Assembly (NCBI GenBank): GCA_965228735.1
Contig: OZ245838.1
Location: 4,640,001-4,704,000 of the forward strand
Direction of reading: 5' to 3'
From: Planctomycetota bacterium
GTDB lineage: Bacteria; Planctomycetota; UBA1135; UBA2386
DNA: 64,000 nucleotides
The position numbers were made by a program, and so were the translations under genes. How positions within the stretch are numbered: the first letter of the stretch is position 1; each line of letters opens with the position of its first letter. Below the pieces are notes generated by a model. It searched no databases. It saw only the letters and a program-made list of their open reading frames with translations, and was not told the origin of the DNA. Below, piece by piece: positions 8,344 to 17,444 of the stretch.

Positions 8344-10209
8344 TCAGCGCGAGCGGACCCAGAATCCGAGCAAGACGCCGAGCCAGAGCGCCATTCCGTC
8401 GGACTCCGCGATGCCACCGGGGGGTAGCGCCAGGATTCGGCGGAGTGCCCCGAGGTCCACGAACTCATCGAGGCCCGGAGAGTTGCGGAGTAGCGAATCG
8501 ATACGATCTCGGTCTGCGACCAGGAATCCCTGCTCGAACTGGTCACCCCAATGTGACTTGTGAACGCGAGTCCGGATTGCCTCGGGAACGATCCCGCGCA
8601 AGGCCCGGCGCTGGATGGCTCGATCGTAGCCGCCATGGAGTCGTTGCTCGGGTGGCAGCCCGTAGCAGAATTCGATCAGCCGGTGGTCGAAGTAGGGGTG
8701 CCGGTGATCGAGCCCGAACGCCGCGCTCGCCTTGTCGTGGACCTCGAGCGAGTGCGCGATCAGCGGGGTCGTCAGGGCGCGGTGGTGGGCCTCGCGCAAG
8801 CTTCGGGGCGGGCGGTTCGCCTCGACGACCGCCTGGCGATCTCGCATTCGGGCGGTCCAGTCGACTTCACGCGCAAAGCCGGGCGCGATGCTCGATGGCA
8901 CGGCCCCGAGTTCTCGTCGCCAGGAGCGGGTCACGGAACGGACCACCGGCGCGAGTCCGAAGTGCCAGAAGAACCGCTTCGTCGACTGCCGAAACACGCC
9001 GGCGAGTTGCCGGCACTCGCGCACGGCGCGAACGATGCGGCCGCGGCGCACGAGTTCGGCGAGCCAATCCGTGCCGTGACTGACGGTCGTGTCGCCATCG
9101 ACGCCGTCGATGACGGCTCGGATCCCGAGTTCGCGGGCGCGCCGGGCGAGTGACCAATAGACGTAGAGGTTGGGCGCGCAGAACGGTTCTTCGACCCGTT
9201 CGAGCATGGCGTCCACCTCGCGCAAGGGGCTCGTGCTGCTCGCCGAGACGAACTCTGCCGGCCACGGCTCGTTCGGTTCGTCGTCGCCGTTCGCCGCGAG
9301 GACCAGGTCGATGTACTGCCGCTCGTCGATCCGCGGGAAGTCGGGGAACAGCGCCGACAGCGTCGTGATCGGATGCGCTCCCCAGGCTTTCCGATTCGCG
9401 TGCGCGAGCCGGACCAGGCCTGACGAATCCAGGCCGCCGCTCAGCAGGATCGCCGTCGGCTCGTCGCGGTGCAGGCGGCAGCGGAGCGCTTCCGTGAGCG
9501 TGTCGCGGAAGCGCTCGGCATAGCTCTGGTCATTGGCCAGCTCGACGCGGTGATCCGGGTCGAGCGCCCAGTAGCGGCGCAGGGACTCCCCGCTCTCGCG
9601 GACGGTCAGGGAATGGCCGGGTGGCAGCCGTCGAACGTGCTCGTAGAACGTGCGGTCGTGGTCGGCGAATACCTGGCCGAGGTAGTCCGCGATCTTGCCG
9701 TTGTCGAGATCACGCGGCACGTCGGCGGCGTCGAGCAGCGGGCCGATCTCCGATGCGAAGACGAAACGCTCGGGCGCGAGGTGGTAGTAGAACGGGCGCG
9801 TTCCGAGGCGGTCTCGCGCGCAGAACAGCTGACGCTCGAGGGATGACCAGATGGCAACCACGAAGTCACCGAACAGGTGCTCGGGGCAGCTCTCACCCCA
9901 GCGTTCATAGGCCCGCAAGACGATGTCGGCGGGGGTCGCATCGGCCGGGGCGTCGAGTTCGGCTGCGAGGTCCGAGAGGTTGTCGATGCGGGCCGCGATC
10001 GCGGCGATTCGACCGTTGCGCTGCGCGATCGCGGCCTCGGACCCGGTCGGGGCGAGCACGCCGAACGCCGCGCCGGCCGTGTTCGTCGCGAGGCGAGCTG
10101 CGCCGCGATGCGCCATCCGACCGGCCATTGCGGCAATTCGGTCCCGGTCGAGGGGGCGTTCGTCCCGTTGCCAGGCTCCAACGAGCCCGCTGCTGATGAT
10201 CCCGATCAT
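8344..10209 (-). CDS. Lasso peptide cyclase (asparagine synthetase-like C protein)
   Basis: Motifs ARDRLGTRPFYY, FASEIGPL, LPPGH, PP-loop LLSGGLDSS, DGVDGD and RHPYFDHRLIEF. The N-terminal catalytic Cys of AsnB (CGI) is replaced by SGLVG. Confidence 0.92.
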   Translation of the reverse strand: MIGIISSGLVGAWQRDERPLDRDRIAAMAGRMAHRGAARLATNTAGAAFGVLAPTGSEAAIAQRNGRIAAIAARIDNLSDLAAELDAPADATPADIVLRAYERWGESCPEHLFGDFVVAIWSSLERQLFCARDRLGTRPFYYHLAPERFVFASEIGPLLDAADVPRDLDNGKIADYLGQVFADHDRTFYEHVRRLPPGHSLTVRESGESLRRYWALDPDHRVELANDQSYAERFRDTLTEALRCRLHRDEPTAILLSGGLDSSGLVRLAHANRKAWGAHPITTLSALFPDFPRIDERQYIDLVLAANGDDEPNEPWPAEFVSASSTSPLREVDAMLERVEEPFCAPNLYVYWSLARRARELGIRAVIDGVDGDTTVSHGTDWLAELVRRGRIVRAVRECRQLAGVFRQSTKRFFWHFGLAPVVRSVTRSWRRELGAVPSSIAPGFAREVDWTARMRDRQAVVEANRPPRSLREAHHRALTTPLIAHSLEVHDKASAAFGLDHRHPYFDHRLIEFCYGLPPEQRLHGGYDRAIQRRALRGIVPEAIRTRVHKSHWGDQFEQGFLVADRDRIDSLLRNSPGLDEFVDLGALRRILALPPGGIAESDGMALWLGVLLGFWVRSR

Positions 10210-10323
10210 GGAAACGTCGCGCCCCGGAGGACAGCGGCCGGAGCATACTGGCCGATGTTGCGTTACGCTTCCCGGGCCTTGCCGAGGGAAGTTCGGCACA
10301 TGTGGGTCGACCCGACGCAGCGC

Positions 10324-10623
10324 ATGACAGGAGACATCGGACTCAACTCGGTCGTTCGAGCAAACATTCGTCAGCTTTCGGTCGAGATCGACGGCGAGAC
10401 CGTCCTGCTCAACTTCGACGACGGATTCTACTACTCGATCAACTCGGTCGGAGCGCGGATCTGGACGCTGGTCCAGGACGCGACCCGAGTGTGCGACGTG
10501 AAGGCGGCGTTGCTTTCGGAGTTCGACGTCGACTCGGCCAGATGCGAGGCCGACCTGCTGGCGCTGCTCGCCGACCTCGAGGCGAAGAACCTCATCGAGG
10601 TACTCGATGCGGATCCTGCGTAG
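10324..10623 (+). CDS. PqqD-family RiPP recognition element (lasso B1/E protein)
   Basis: 99 aa: EIDGETVLLNFDDGFYYSINSVGARIWTLV...EFDVDSARCEADLLALLADLEAKNLI, a typical PqqD pattern. Confidence 0.92.
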   Translation: MTGDIGLNSVVRANIRQLSVEIDGETVLLNFDDGFYYSINSVGARIWTLVQDATRVCDVKAALLSEFDVDSARCEADLLALLADLEAKNLIEVLDADPA

Positions 10624-11053
10624 GTTCTGGCGGCTGTCGTTCTCCGAGAAGCTGATGCTCGGCAAGGCGTGGGGGTTGCTCGCCGTCGTGCGAAGCAGCA
10701 TGTGGATCGCGGGGTTCGCGCGGACCAAGCGCTGGGTCGATCGTCGACACGCGCGCGTGGAACGACTCGTGCGGTCGCGCCAGGAGCCGCATCGGATCGC
10801 CCGAATGGTCGAGATCGCGAGTCACTTCTTCCCTGGCGGTCGGCATTGCCTGAGTCGGGCGATGGTGCTCGAGGTGCTGCTGCGCCGCCGCGGCTACGAC
10901 GCCAAACTGGAGATCGGTGTCGCGTTGGCGGATGCACCCGTCCAGAGCGGGTCACGGCTCTCGGCGCACGCCTGGGTCACGCACGGTGACCGGATCCTTC
11001 TCGGTGGAGCCGAGGCTCCCGACTTCAAGCGGTTGACGCGGTCGGGTCGGTGA
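10607..11053 (+). CDS. Lasso peptide leader peptidase (B2, transglutaminase-like)
   Basis: Catalytic Cys in HCLSRA, the IGV motif, and His in AHAWV. Overlaps the RRE gene. Confidence 0.92.
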   Translation: MRILRRFWRLSFSEKLMLGKAWGLLAVVRSSMWIAGFARTKRWVDRRHARVERLVRSRQEPHRIARMVEIASHFFPGGRHCLSRAMVLEVLLRRRGYDAKLEIGVALADAPVQSGSRLSAHAWVTHGDRILLGGAEAPDFKRLTRSGR

Positions 11054-12051
11054 CTCGTTCGACGGACAGCTTCTCCGCGGCGGACGCGCCGCCTCGCATC
11101 CGCGTCACCGCGCTGCAGAAGCGCTACCCGCGGAACCGCAATCTGCTGCGGTTCCTGCGCGCGCCGCATCGCCGCGACTACACGATGGCGCTCCGTGGGG
11201 TCGATCTCGTGATCCCGCAGGGCGGCATCTACGCGCTCCTCGGCCCCAACGGCGCTGGCAAGACGACGCTACTGAAAGCGCTCTCGGGTCTGCTCCTGGC
11301 CAACTCTGGCACGATCGAGATCGATGGCATCGACCTGACGAACGAGCCGCGGAAGTTGCGCAATCGCGTCGCGCTGGCCGTGTGCGACGAACGTTCGTTC
11401 TACTGGCGCATCAGCGGCCGCGAGAACCTGCGGTTCTACGCGACGCTCAACGGGCTCGAGGGCGCGGCGCGCGATCGCCGGATCGATGAATGCCTCGCGA
11501 TGGTGCGGTTGGGGTCGGCTGGCGATCGGCGCTACATGGAGTACTCGGCGGGCATGCGGCAGAGCCTCGCGCTGGCGCGCGGGCTGTTGCTCGATCCGCC
11601 GATCCTCCTCATGGACGAGCCAACGCGGTCGCTCGACCCCGAGGCCACGGCGGCGGTCCACGATGTGATCACCGGGTTGCAGGCTGCCGATCCGAGCCGC
11701 GTGTTCTTCTACTCGACCCATGACCTGGCCGAGGCGGAATCGATCTCGAGTGATGTCATCGTGCTGCGGGGCGGGCGCATCGTGATGCAGCGGAGCCTCG
11801 CTCGCGAGGCCGGCTACGTCTACCGCGTGCGCACCCATCCCGAGCTGCCCGAGAGATTGCTCGACGACATCGACGGGCTGCAGGTGCTGGGCAGCTCGGA
11901 AGCCGGCACGGTCGTCGAGTTCGCCGAGTTCCGGACGCTCGATGCGGTGCTCGCGCGGCTCGCCGAGCGTCGTTTGCAGGTGCGCGAGGTCGCAGAGCAG
12001 CGGTCGCGGCTCGGCGAACTGTATCGCTCGAGCGCGGAGGCGCAGCGATGA
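11050..12051 (+). CDS. ABC transporter ATP-binding protein (likely lasso exporter)
   Basis: Motifs GPNGAGKTT, YSAGMRQ, LLMDEPT and STHD. Overlaps the B2 stop (GTGA). Confidence 0.92.
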   Translation: MTRSTDSFSAADAPPRIRVTALQKRYPRNRNLLRFLRAPHRRDYTMALRGVDLVIPQGGIYALLGPNGAGKTTLLKALSGLLLANSGTIEIDGIDLTNEPRKLRNRVALAVCDERSFYWRISGRENLRFYATLNGLEGAARDRRIDECLAMVRLGSAGDRRYMEYSAGMRQSLALARGLLLDPPILLMDEPTRSLDPEATAAVHDVITGLQAADPSRVFFYSTHDLAEAESISSDVIVLRGGRIVMQRSLAREAGYVYRVRTHPELPERLLDDIDGLQVLGSSEAGTVVEFAEFRTLDAVLARLAERRLQVREVAEQRSRLGELYRSSAEAQR

Positions 12052-12863
12052 GTCTGCCACGCACGGCTGTCGCGTTCCTGCGGCGCGAGTTCCTCGAAGA
12101 GGCGTCCTACCCGCTCAAGGTCGTGTTCGGGTTCGGCGCGGCGATCGTGAGTATCGGGTTCCTCGTAATCTTCGCCGACTTCGTCGGCGCCACGATGGCC
12201 GGCAGCGGTGAAGGGCGAATGGCACACGGCTACCTGCCGTTCGCGCTCGTCGGACTGAGCTTCCACACGCTGCTCGATACCGCTTTGCGCGAACTGAGCT
12301 CGCGGATTCGCCGGGCGCAGATGCAGGGCACGTTCGAGGCGCTGCTCGCGACGAGCACGCCGCTGCCCGTGCTCATGCTCGCGCTGCCGCTCTACCCGTT
12401 GCTGCGGACGTGCTCGCGATTCGTGTTGCTGCTCTTGTTCGGGTGGCTCGTCCTGGATGTGCCGCTCAGCTTCGGCAACTGGCCCGTCGTGCTCGTGGCG
12501 TTCGGGCTTGCCGTGACCGTCTTCACGGCGATCGGTCTCGTGTTCGCCGGCCTCACGGTCGTGTTCAAGCAGACCGAGCCGCTGATCGCCGTCTTCAACG
12601 CGTCGTGTTTCTTCCTCGGTGGCGTGATCGTGCCGTCGGGTGAGTTGCCCGCGGTGCTGCAATGGGTCGGCGTGCTGTTGCCGATCACCCCGGCGCTCGA
12701 GGCGTTCCGGATCGCTGCGATCGATGGTGGCGACTTCGCGGCTGCAGGGCCGGTGCTCGGACAACTGGCCGTCTTCGCGGTCGTCCTCGTGCCGTTCAGC
12801 GTCGTCGTGTTCCGCTGGTCGATTCGGCAGGCGCTTCGCGACGGCAGCCTCGGGCACTACTGA
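12048..12863 (+). CDS. ABC-2 type transporter permease
   Basis: Multiple hydrophobic segments, GTFEALLAT and LPAVLQWVGVLLPIT. Translationally coupled to the ATPase. Confidence 0.9.
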   Translation: MSLPRTAVAFLRREFLEEASYPLKVVFGFGAAIVSIGFLVIFADFVGATMAGSGEGRMAHGYLPFALVGLSFHTLLDTALRELSSRIRRAQMQGTFEALLATSTPLPVLMLALPLYPLLRTCSRFVLLLLFGWLVLDVPLSFGNWPVVLVAFGLAVTVFTAIGLVFAGLTVVFKQTEPLIAVFNASCFFLGGVIVPSGELPAVLQWVGVLLPITPALEAFRIAAIDGGDFAAAGPVLGQLAVFAVVLVPFSVVVFRWSIRQALRDGSLGHY

Positions 12864-12874
12864 CCGGTCGCGCC

Positions 12875-13537
12875 CTACAACGGCGGCCAGGCCTTGACCG
12901 CCATGAGACACCCATCGCCCACCGGCACGATGATCGAGTTGAGGCGCGGCTCGTCCTGGACCAGCTTCAAGAACGCCCGCAGGCCCTGCGCGCGCGGCGT
13001 GTCGTTCTTCGGATCGTCGATCTCGCCGCCGTCGAGCACGTTGTCGGCGAACAGCGTGCCGCCGGGTCGCAGGATCCGCATCGCGTGCGCGAAGTAGTCG
13101 GGGTAGCCCTCCTTCTCCGCGTCGATGAACACGGCGTCTGCCGTGCCGTCCGCGTGCTGGTTCAGGGTCTCGTGCGCGTCGCCGACGATGATCTGGATCT
13201 TGTCCTTCTGCTGGGATTTCAGGATCCAGTCCTGGGCGAAGGCTGCGTGGATCGGCTCGAGCTCGTGGGTGACGACGGTGCCGTCCGCGGCGAGCCCGCG
13301 CGCCATCGCGATCGCCGAGTAGCCGCCGAGGGTGCCGACCTCCACGACCCGAACGGCCTTGGTCGCCGCGAGCGCGATCTGCAGGAAGGCGGCCTGCTCG
13401 GGCGCGATCTGGATCTCCGGCAGGCCGGCTTCGACCGCGGCGGTGCGCAGATCGCGCAGCAGCTCGTCCTCGGGAATGGTCTGGCCGCGGATGAAGTCGA
13501 AGAGCGGGGCGTCGACCGGCGTGCTCAGCTTGGACAT
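12875..13537 (-). CDS. SAM-dependent O-methyltransferase (caffeoyl-CoA OMT-like family)
   Basis: Motifs VEVGTLGGYS, FIDAEK and ADNVL. Confidence 0.92.
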   Translation of the reverse strand: MSKLSTPVDAPLFDFIRGQTIPEDELLRDLRTAAVEAGLPEIQIAPEQAAFLQIALAATKAVRVVEVGTLGGYSAIAMARGLAADGTVVTHELEPIHAAFAQDWILKSQQKDKIQIIVGDAHETLNQHADGTADAVFIDAEKEGYPDYFAHAMRILRPGGTLFADNVLDGGEIDDPKNDTPRAQGLRAFLKLVQDEPRLNSIIVPVGDGCLMAVKAWPPL

Positions 13538-13566
13538 GCGCGCAAGGTAGCGCTATCCATGCCGCA

Positions 13567-14133
13567 GTGAACCCTGGTTTCGAACCCGCGGCGGCCAAGA
13601 GCCGGCTGCTCGAGCTCGTTCGCGAGCGCGCCTACAAGGACGGCCTCGATATCGTGCTCGCGTCCGGCAAGCGCTCCGACTTCTACATCAACGGCAAGAA
13701 GGTCTCGCTGCACCCCGAAGGCCTCTGGCTGATCGCGCGGCTCCTGCTGCACAAGCTCGAGGCCTATCCCGACATCACCGCGGTCGGCGGGCTGACGCTC
13801 GGCGCGGATCCGTTGGCCAGCGCGGTCGCGGCGCTGTCGTTCGAGACCGGCCAGAACCTCAAGGCGTTCCTCGTTCGCAAGGAGGCGAAGGGGCACGGCA
13901 CCGGCTCGCGCATCGAGGGTGATCTCGAGAAGGGCGAGAAGGTCTGCGTTCTCGAGGACACGGTCACGACCGGCGGCAGCGCGAAGAAGGCGATCGACGC
14001 GGTGCTCGAGGTCGGTGCGGAACCCGTCGTCGTGATGACGATCGCCGATCGCGAGGACCCGGACGCCGAGCCGTTCCGCCAGGAGTGGAAGGTCGAGTCG
14101 CTCGTGACGCTGAGCGAGATCCGCAACGGCTGA
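13567..14133 (+). CDS. pyrE: Orotate phosphoribosyltransferase
   Basis: Motifs LASGKRSDFY, GGLTLGADP, RKEAKGHG and the PRPP motif LEDTVTTGGS. Confidence 0.95.
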   Translation: MNPGFEPAAAKSRLLELVRERAYKDGLDIVLASGKRSDFYINGKKVSLHPEGLWLIARLLLHKLEAYPDITAVGGLTLGADPLASAVAALSFETGQNLKAFLVRKEAKGHGTGSRIEGDLEKGEKVCVLEDTVTTGGSAKKAIDAVLEVGAEPVVVMTIADREDPDAEPFRQEWKVESLVTLSEIRNG

Positions 14134-14148
14134 TGCAGAGGCCCCGGC

Positions 14149-15540
14149 ATGCGTGACGTCGTCGCGATCGTGCCGGCGGCCGGGCTCGGCGAACGGATGG
14201 GCGCCGACAAGGCGTTGCTCGCGCTCGGCGAACGCACCGTCGTCGAGCGGGTCGTGGCCACGCTGCGCGCGGCTGGAGTGAGCGACGTGCTCGTCGTGCG
14301 GCGACGCGGCGCGGAACCCCTGCCCGATGGGCTCGCGGCGACCGTGGTCGAAGTCGAACCCGGCGGTGAAATGGCAGACAGCTTGCGCGCGGCCCACGCG
14401 CGGTTGCCTTCGGGCGCTGGGCGAATCCTCGTGCTGCCGGTCGATCATGCGCTCGTCGAGGCCGACACCGTGCGGGCCGTCGTCGCCGTGCTCGACGATG
14501 CCGCCGACGCGCATGTCGCGTTGCCGACGTACCGCGATCGCCCGGGCCATCCGGTGGCGTTCGAGCGCGCGGTGTTCGACGAGATCACGGCCGATGGCGC
14601 CGTTCTGCGCGACCTGGTTCGGCGCGACCCCGACCGGGTGCGGACCATACCGACGGCGAATCCCTGGGTGCGCGCGGACCTCGATCATCCGGAGGACCTG
14701 CGCGCCGCGCGCGCGGCGCTCACGCAGGTGTCCCCCCTGTCGACCGTCGAACTGATGGCGCGACATCGCAGCCGGCGTTCGTTCCGCGACGCGCCGGTCC
14801 CGCGCGCGCAGATCGAACGACTCGTCGATGCCGCGCGCCACGCGTCGACGTCGAGCTACATCCAGACCACTACCGTGATCGCGGTGACCGATCCGCAGCA
14901 GAAAGGTGAGTGCGCGCGGCTCTGCGGGGGGCAGCAGCAGATCGTCGAGGCGCCCGTGTTCTTCGCGCTGTGCGCCGATCTGCAGCGGCTGGCGCGCGCG
15001 TGCGAGCGGCACGGGGCGACGTTGCAGAGTCAGAGCCTCGAGCTGTTCTTGCAGGCCACCGTCGACGCGGCGCTCGTCGGCCAGAACCTGCTGCTCGCGG
15101 CGGAGTCCGAAGGGCTCGGTGGTTGCATGATCGGCGGCGCGCGCAACCACCCGATCGAGCTCGCGCAGCTGCTCGGGTTGCCGGCCCATGCGTACGTCGT
15201 GTTCGGCATGACGGTCGGTGAGCCGATCGACGATCCGGCCGCGCGTGGTCGCATGCCGCTGACCGGCGTGCTGCACTTCGAGGGCTACGACCACGACGGC
15301 GTCGATGCGGCGCTCGCCGGCGCCGACGAGGTGATGAACGACTGGGCCCGCCGCGCGAACGCGCAGAGCGCCGGGTATGGCGGTCGACCCGTCGACGAGA
15401 CCAAGGGGTGGGCCGCACGCATGGCGCGCATGTGGGGCGAGGACGGTCGCTACGCCATCGCGCGTCGGACGCTCATGGCCGAGCTGCGGCGGCTGGGCTT
15501 CGGCCTCGCCGACGAATCGGCGGAGACGGGCGATGACTGA
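14149..15540 (+). CDS. Fusion of a MobA/MocA-like NTP transferase and an NfsA/FRP-like nitroreductase
   Basis: N-terminal half: IVPAAGLGERMG-DKALL, LPVDH, GHPV, DLDHPED. C-terminal half: HRSRRSF, ASTSSYIQ, VDAALVGQN, AESEGLGGCMIGG. Confidence 0.85.
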   Translation: MRDVVAIVPAAGLGERMGADKALLALGERTVVERVVATLRAAGVSDVLVVRRRGAEPLPDGLAATVVEVEPGGEMADSLRAAHARLPSGAGRILVLPVDHALVEADTVRAVVAVLDDAADAHVALPTYRDRPGHPVAFERAVFDEITADGAVLRDLVRRDPDRVRTIPTANPWVRADLDHPEDLRAARAALTQVSPLSTVELMARHRSRRSFRDAPVPRAQIERLVDAARHASTSSYIQTTTVIAVTDPQQKGECARLCGGQQQIVEAPVFFALCADLQRLARACERHGATLQSQSLELFLQATVDAALVGQNLLLAAESEGLGGCMIGGARNHPIELAQLLGLPAHAYVVFGMTVGEPIDDPAARGRMPLTGVLHFEGYDHDGVDAALAGADEVMNDWARRANAQSAGYGGRPVDETKGWAARMARMWGEDGRYAIARRTLMAELRRLGFGLADESAETGDD

Positions 15541-16171
15541 CATCGAAGTCCTGCACCTCGACGACTTCCTCGCGATCGTGAACAAGCCCGCGGGCGTGCT
15601 CGTCGTGAATGCCCCTGGCCGTCGCGGACCGACCCTCGTCGACAGGATGCGGCGGCAGCTCGGCGGCTACGTCGAGCCCGTGCACCGGCTCGACGAGGAC
15701 ACGACGGGGGCGATCGCGCTGGCGCGAAGTCCGGAGGGCCGTTCGGCGCTCGAGGGCGTGTTCCGGCGGCACGCTGCCGAGCGCGTCTATCTCGCGCTGA
15801 CGACGGCGGCGCCGTCACCGCCGGCAGGCCGGATCGAATCGCAGCTCAAAGCGGATGATGCGGGGGTGATGCGCGTGGTGCCGTCGGGCGGCGAACGCGC
15901 CGTGACGCACTACGAGACGGTCGAAAGGCGCGGCCGCTGCACGCTCGTGCGATGCGAGCTCGAGACCGGTCGCCGCAACCAGATCCGCGCCCACCTCGCG
16001 GCGCTCGGCTGCCCGGTGGCCGGGGATCGCAAGTACGGCTATCGGCGCCGGGCTGACGAGCGCTTCGGGCGTGTCATGCTGCATGCCTGGCGGCTCGCGC
16101 TTCGGCATCCGATTCTTGGCAACGAAGTGGACGTAACGGCGGTTGCCCCGGAACCCGACCTACGGCCTTGA
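15533..16171 (+). CDS. RluA-family pseudouridine synthase
   Basis: Motifs VNKPAG, HRLDEDTTG, ETGRRNQIRAH and GDRKYG. Confidence 0.93.
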   Translation: MTDIEVLHLDDFLAIVNKPAGVLVVNAPGRRGPTLVDRMRRQLGGYVEPVHRLDEDTTGAIALARSPEGRSALEGVFRRHAAERVYLALTTAAPSPPAGRIESQLKADDAGVMRVVPSGGERAVTHYETVERRGRCTLVRCELETGRRNQIRAHLAALGCPVAGDRKYGYRRRADERFGRVMLHAWRLALRHPILGNEVDVTAVAPEPDLRP

Positions 16172-16263
16172 ACGTGCCGAGGCGGGTGTCTCACGATGGA
16201 AGCGGGTCGAGCCTCGACTAGCATGTCCGTGTCACTCTGCTGCCGGTCGGGACGGCTTCGGTA

Positions 16264-17358
16264 TTGAACGATCATCTACGCGCGATCCTGAAAGGAGTCT
16301 TCGGTGACGGCTCGGCCTCCCAGGCGGACGAGTTTCGGGCGGCCTGCAGCCGTGTACGGCCCGCGGACTGGGGCGGTTTGTTGCCGGAGCTGGAGAGTCA
16401 CCGCCTCGCGCCCCTGGTCGGCTACACCGCCCGCCGGCTCGATCTCGAGTCCGCCATTCCGTCGGCGCCACGGGAGCGGTTGCGGGAGTCGTATCGCGCG
16501 GCCTTTTTGTTTGCCGAACTACAGTCTCGAGCTCTGCGCGACATTCTGGTGGCCCTGCGCGCTGGCGGGGTCGAGCCGATCATCTTCAAGGGCCTCGTGC
16601 TGAGCGGCGCGTTCTATCCCGATCGAGGGGCCCGGCCGATGGTCGACGTGGACTTCCTGGTTGCGGTTTCCGAGCTGAAGCGCACGGTCCGCGCGCTGCG
16701 AAAGCTGGGCTACACGCGACGCATTCGCGATGGTGTCGTGGGGCCGAATGGGTTCGTCAACCCGTTCGGTGTCGTCATTGATCTGCATTGGCAATTCGAC
16801 TTGTTTGCCCCGGACCAGCATGCCGAGATCACTGAGGACCGCGCGATCCGAGAACTCGGAGAGCATCCGATTCGCTCGTGGGAGCCCAACGCGATGCTCG
16901 TCCATCTCGTGTACCACCTCGTCGGACATCGCGAAGGCACCGGGATCAACCTCGGCTGGCTCGTCGACATCGGGTTCCTCGTCCGTTCCGATGGCGATCG
17001 CATGAACGTCGACGCGATTCGTCGGCTCGCGCCCACCGATGCCTGCTTCGCGATGGTCTGGCGCATTCTCGCGTTCCTCGAACGCGACTGCGGTGTCGAA
17101 CTTCCGGCGCACCTCGCCCAGCAGGCGGCGCTTTACGAACCGCTCTCCCTGCCGCGCATCCTGCGCGAGAGCCGGCTTCGCCCCTGGGGCCTGCCCGGTC
17201 TCGTCGGTGCCGGACGGTTCCTGTTCCGGCGCGTGTTCGGCGGGTCCACCAAGCGTCGCAATCCGACCTTGACCGACCTCGCGCTCGCGATCACCGACCG
17301 GATCCAGGACCGCCGCGCGGACAGCCGCGCCATCGCGACCGTGCGAACGCAGTCTTGA
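16264..17358 (+). CDS. Nucleotidyltransferase family protein (NTP_transf_5-like, the type found in lasso clusters)
   Basis: Motifs GVEPIIFKG...YPDRGARPMVDVDFLV, IDLHW and WLVDI. Confidence 0.8.
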   Translation: MNDHLRAILKGVFGDGSASQADEFRAACSRVRPADWGGLLPELESHRLAPLVGYTARRLDLESAIPSAPRERLRESYRAAFLFAELQSRALRDILVALRAGGVEPIIFKGLVLSGAFYPDRGARPMVDVDFLVAVSELKRTVRALRKLGYTRRIRDGVVGPNGFVNPFGVVIDLHWQFDLFAPDQHAEITEDRAIRELGEHPIRSWEPNAMLVHLVYHLVGHREGTGINLGWLVDIGFLVRSDGDRMNVDAIRRLAPTDACFAMVWRILAFLERDCGVELPAHLAQQAALYEPLSLPRILRESRLRPWGLPGLVGAGRFLFRRVFGGSTKRRNPTLTDLALAITDRIQDRRADSRAIATVRTQS

Positions 17359-17444
17359 GGCCGCGCGGGGCCCCTCGGCAGCCTGCCCGCTCGACCGCAT
17401 TTCCGCCTACGGTCGCACCGCATTCGGACTAAGATCTGCCGCGC

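Noticed and set aside
8067..8636. 189-aa ORF from the track as a real protein
   Set aside because: Its 5' part overlaps the cyclase gene in another frame. Only the last 56 codons, from the ATG at 8237, have precursor features.
8344..10728. Glutamine-dependent asparagine synthetase, or the 794-aa version of the ORF
   Set aside because: It lacks the N-terminal catalytic Cys and sits among lasso genes. The extension beyond 10209 overlaps the RRE and B2 genes on the opposite strand.
12875..13537. O-methyltransferase as a lasso tailoring enzyme
   Set aside because: It is convergent to the cluster, belongs to a generic caffeoyl-CoA OMT family, and lies at the start of the housekeeping block. Proximity alone is insufficient, though a role is not excluded.
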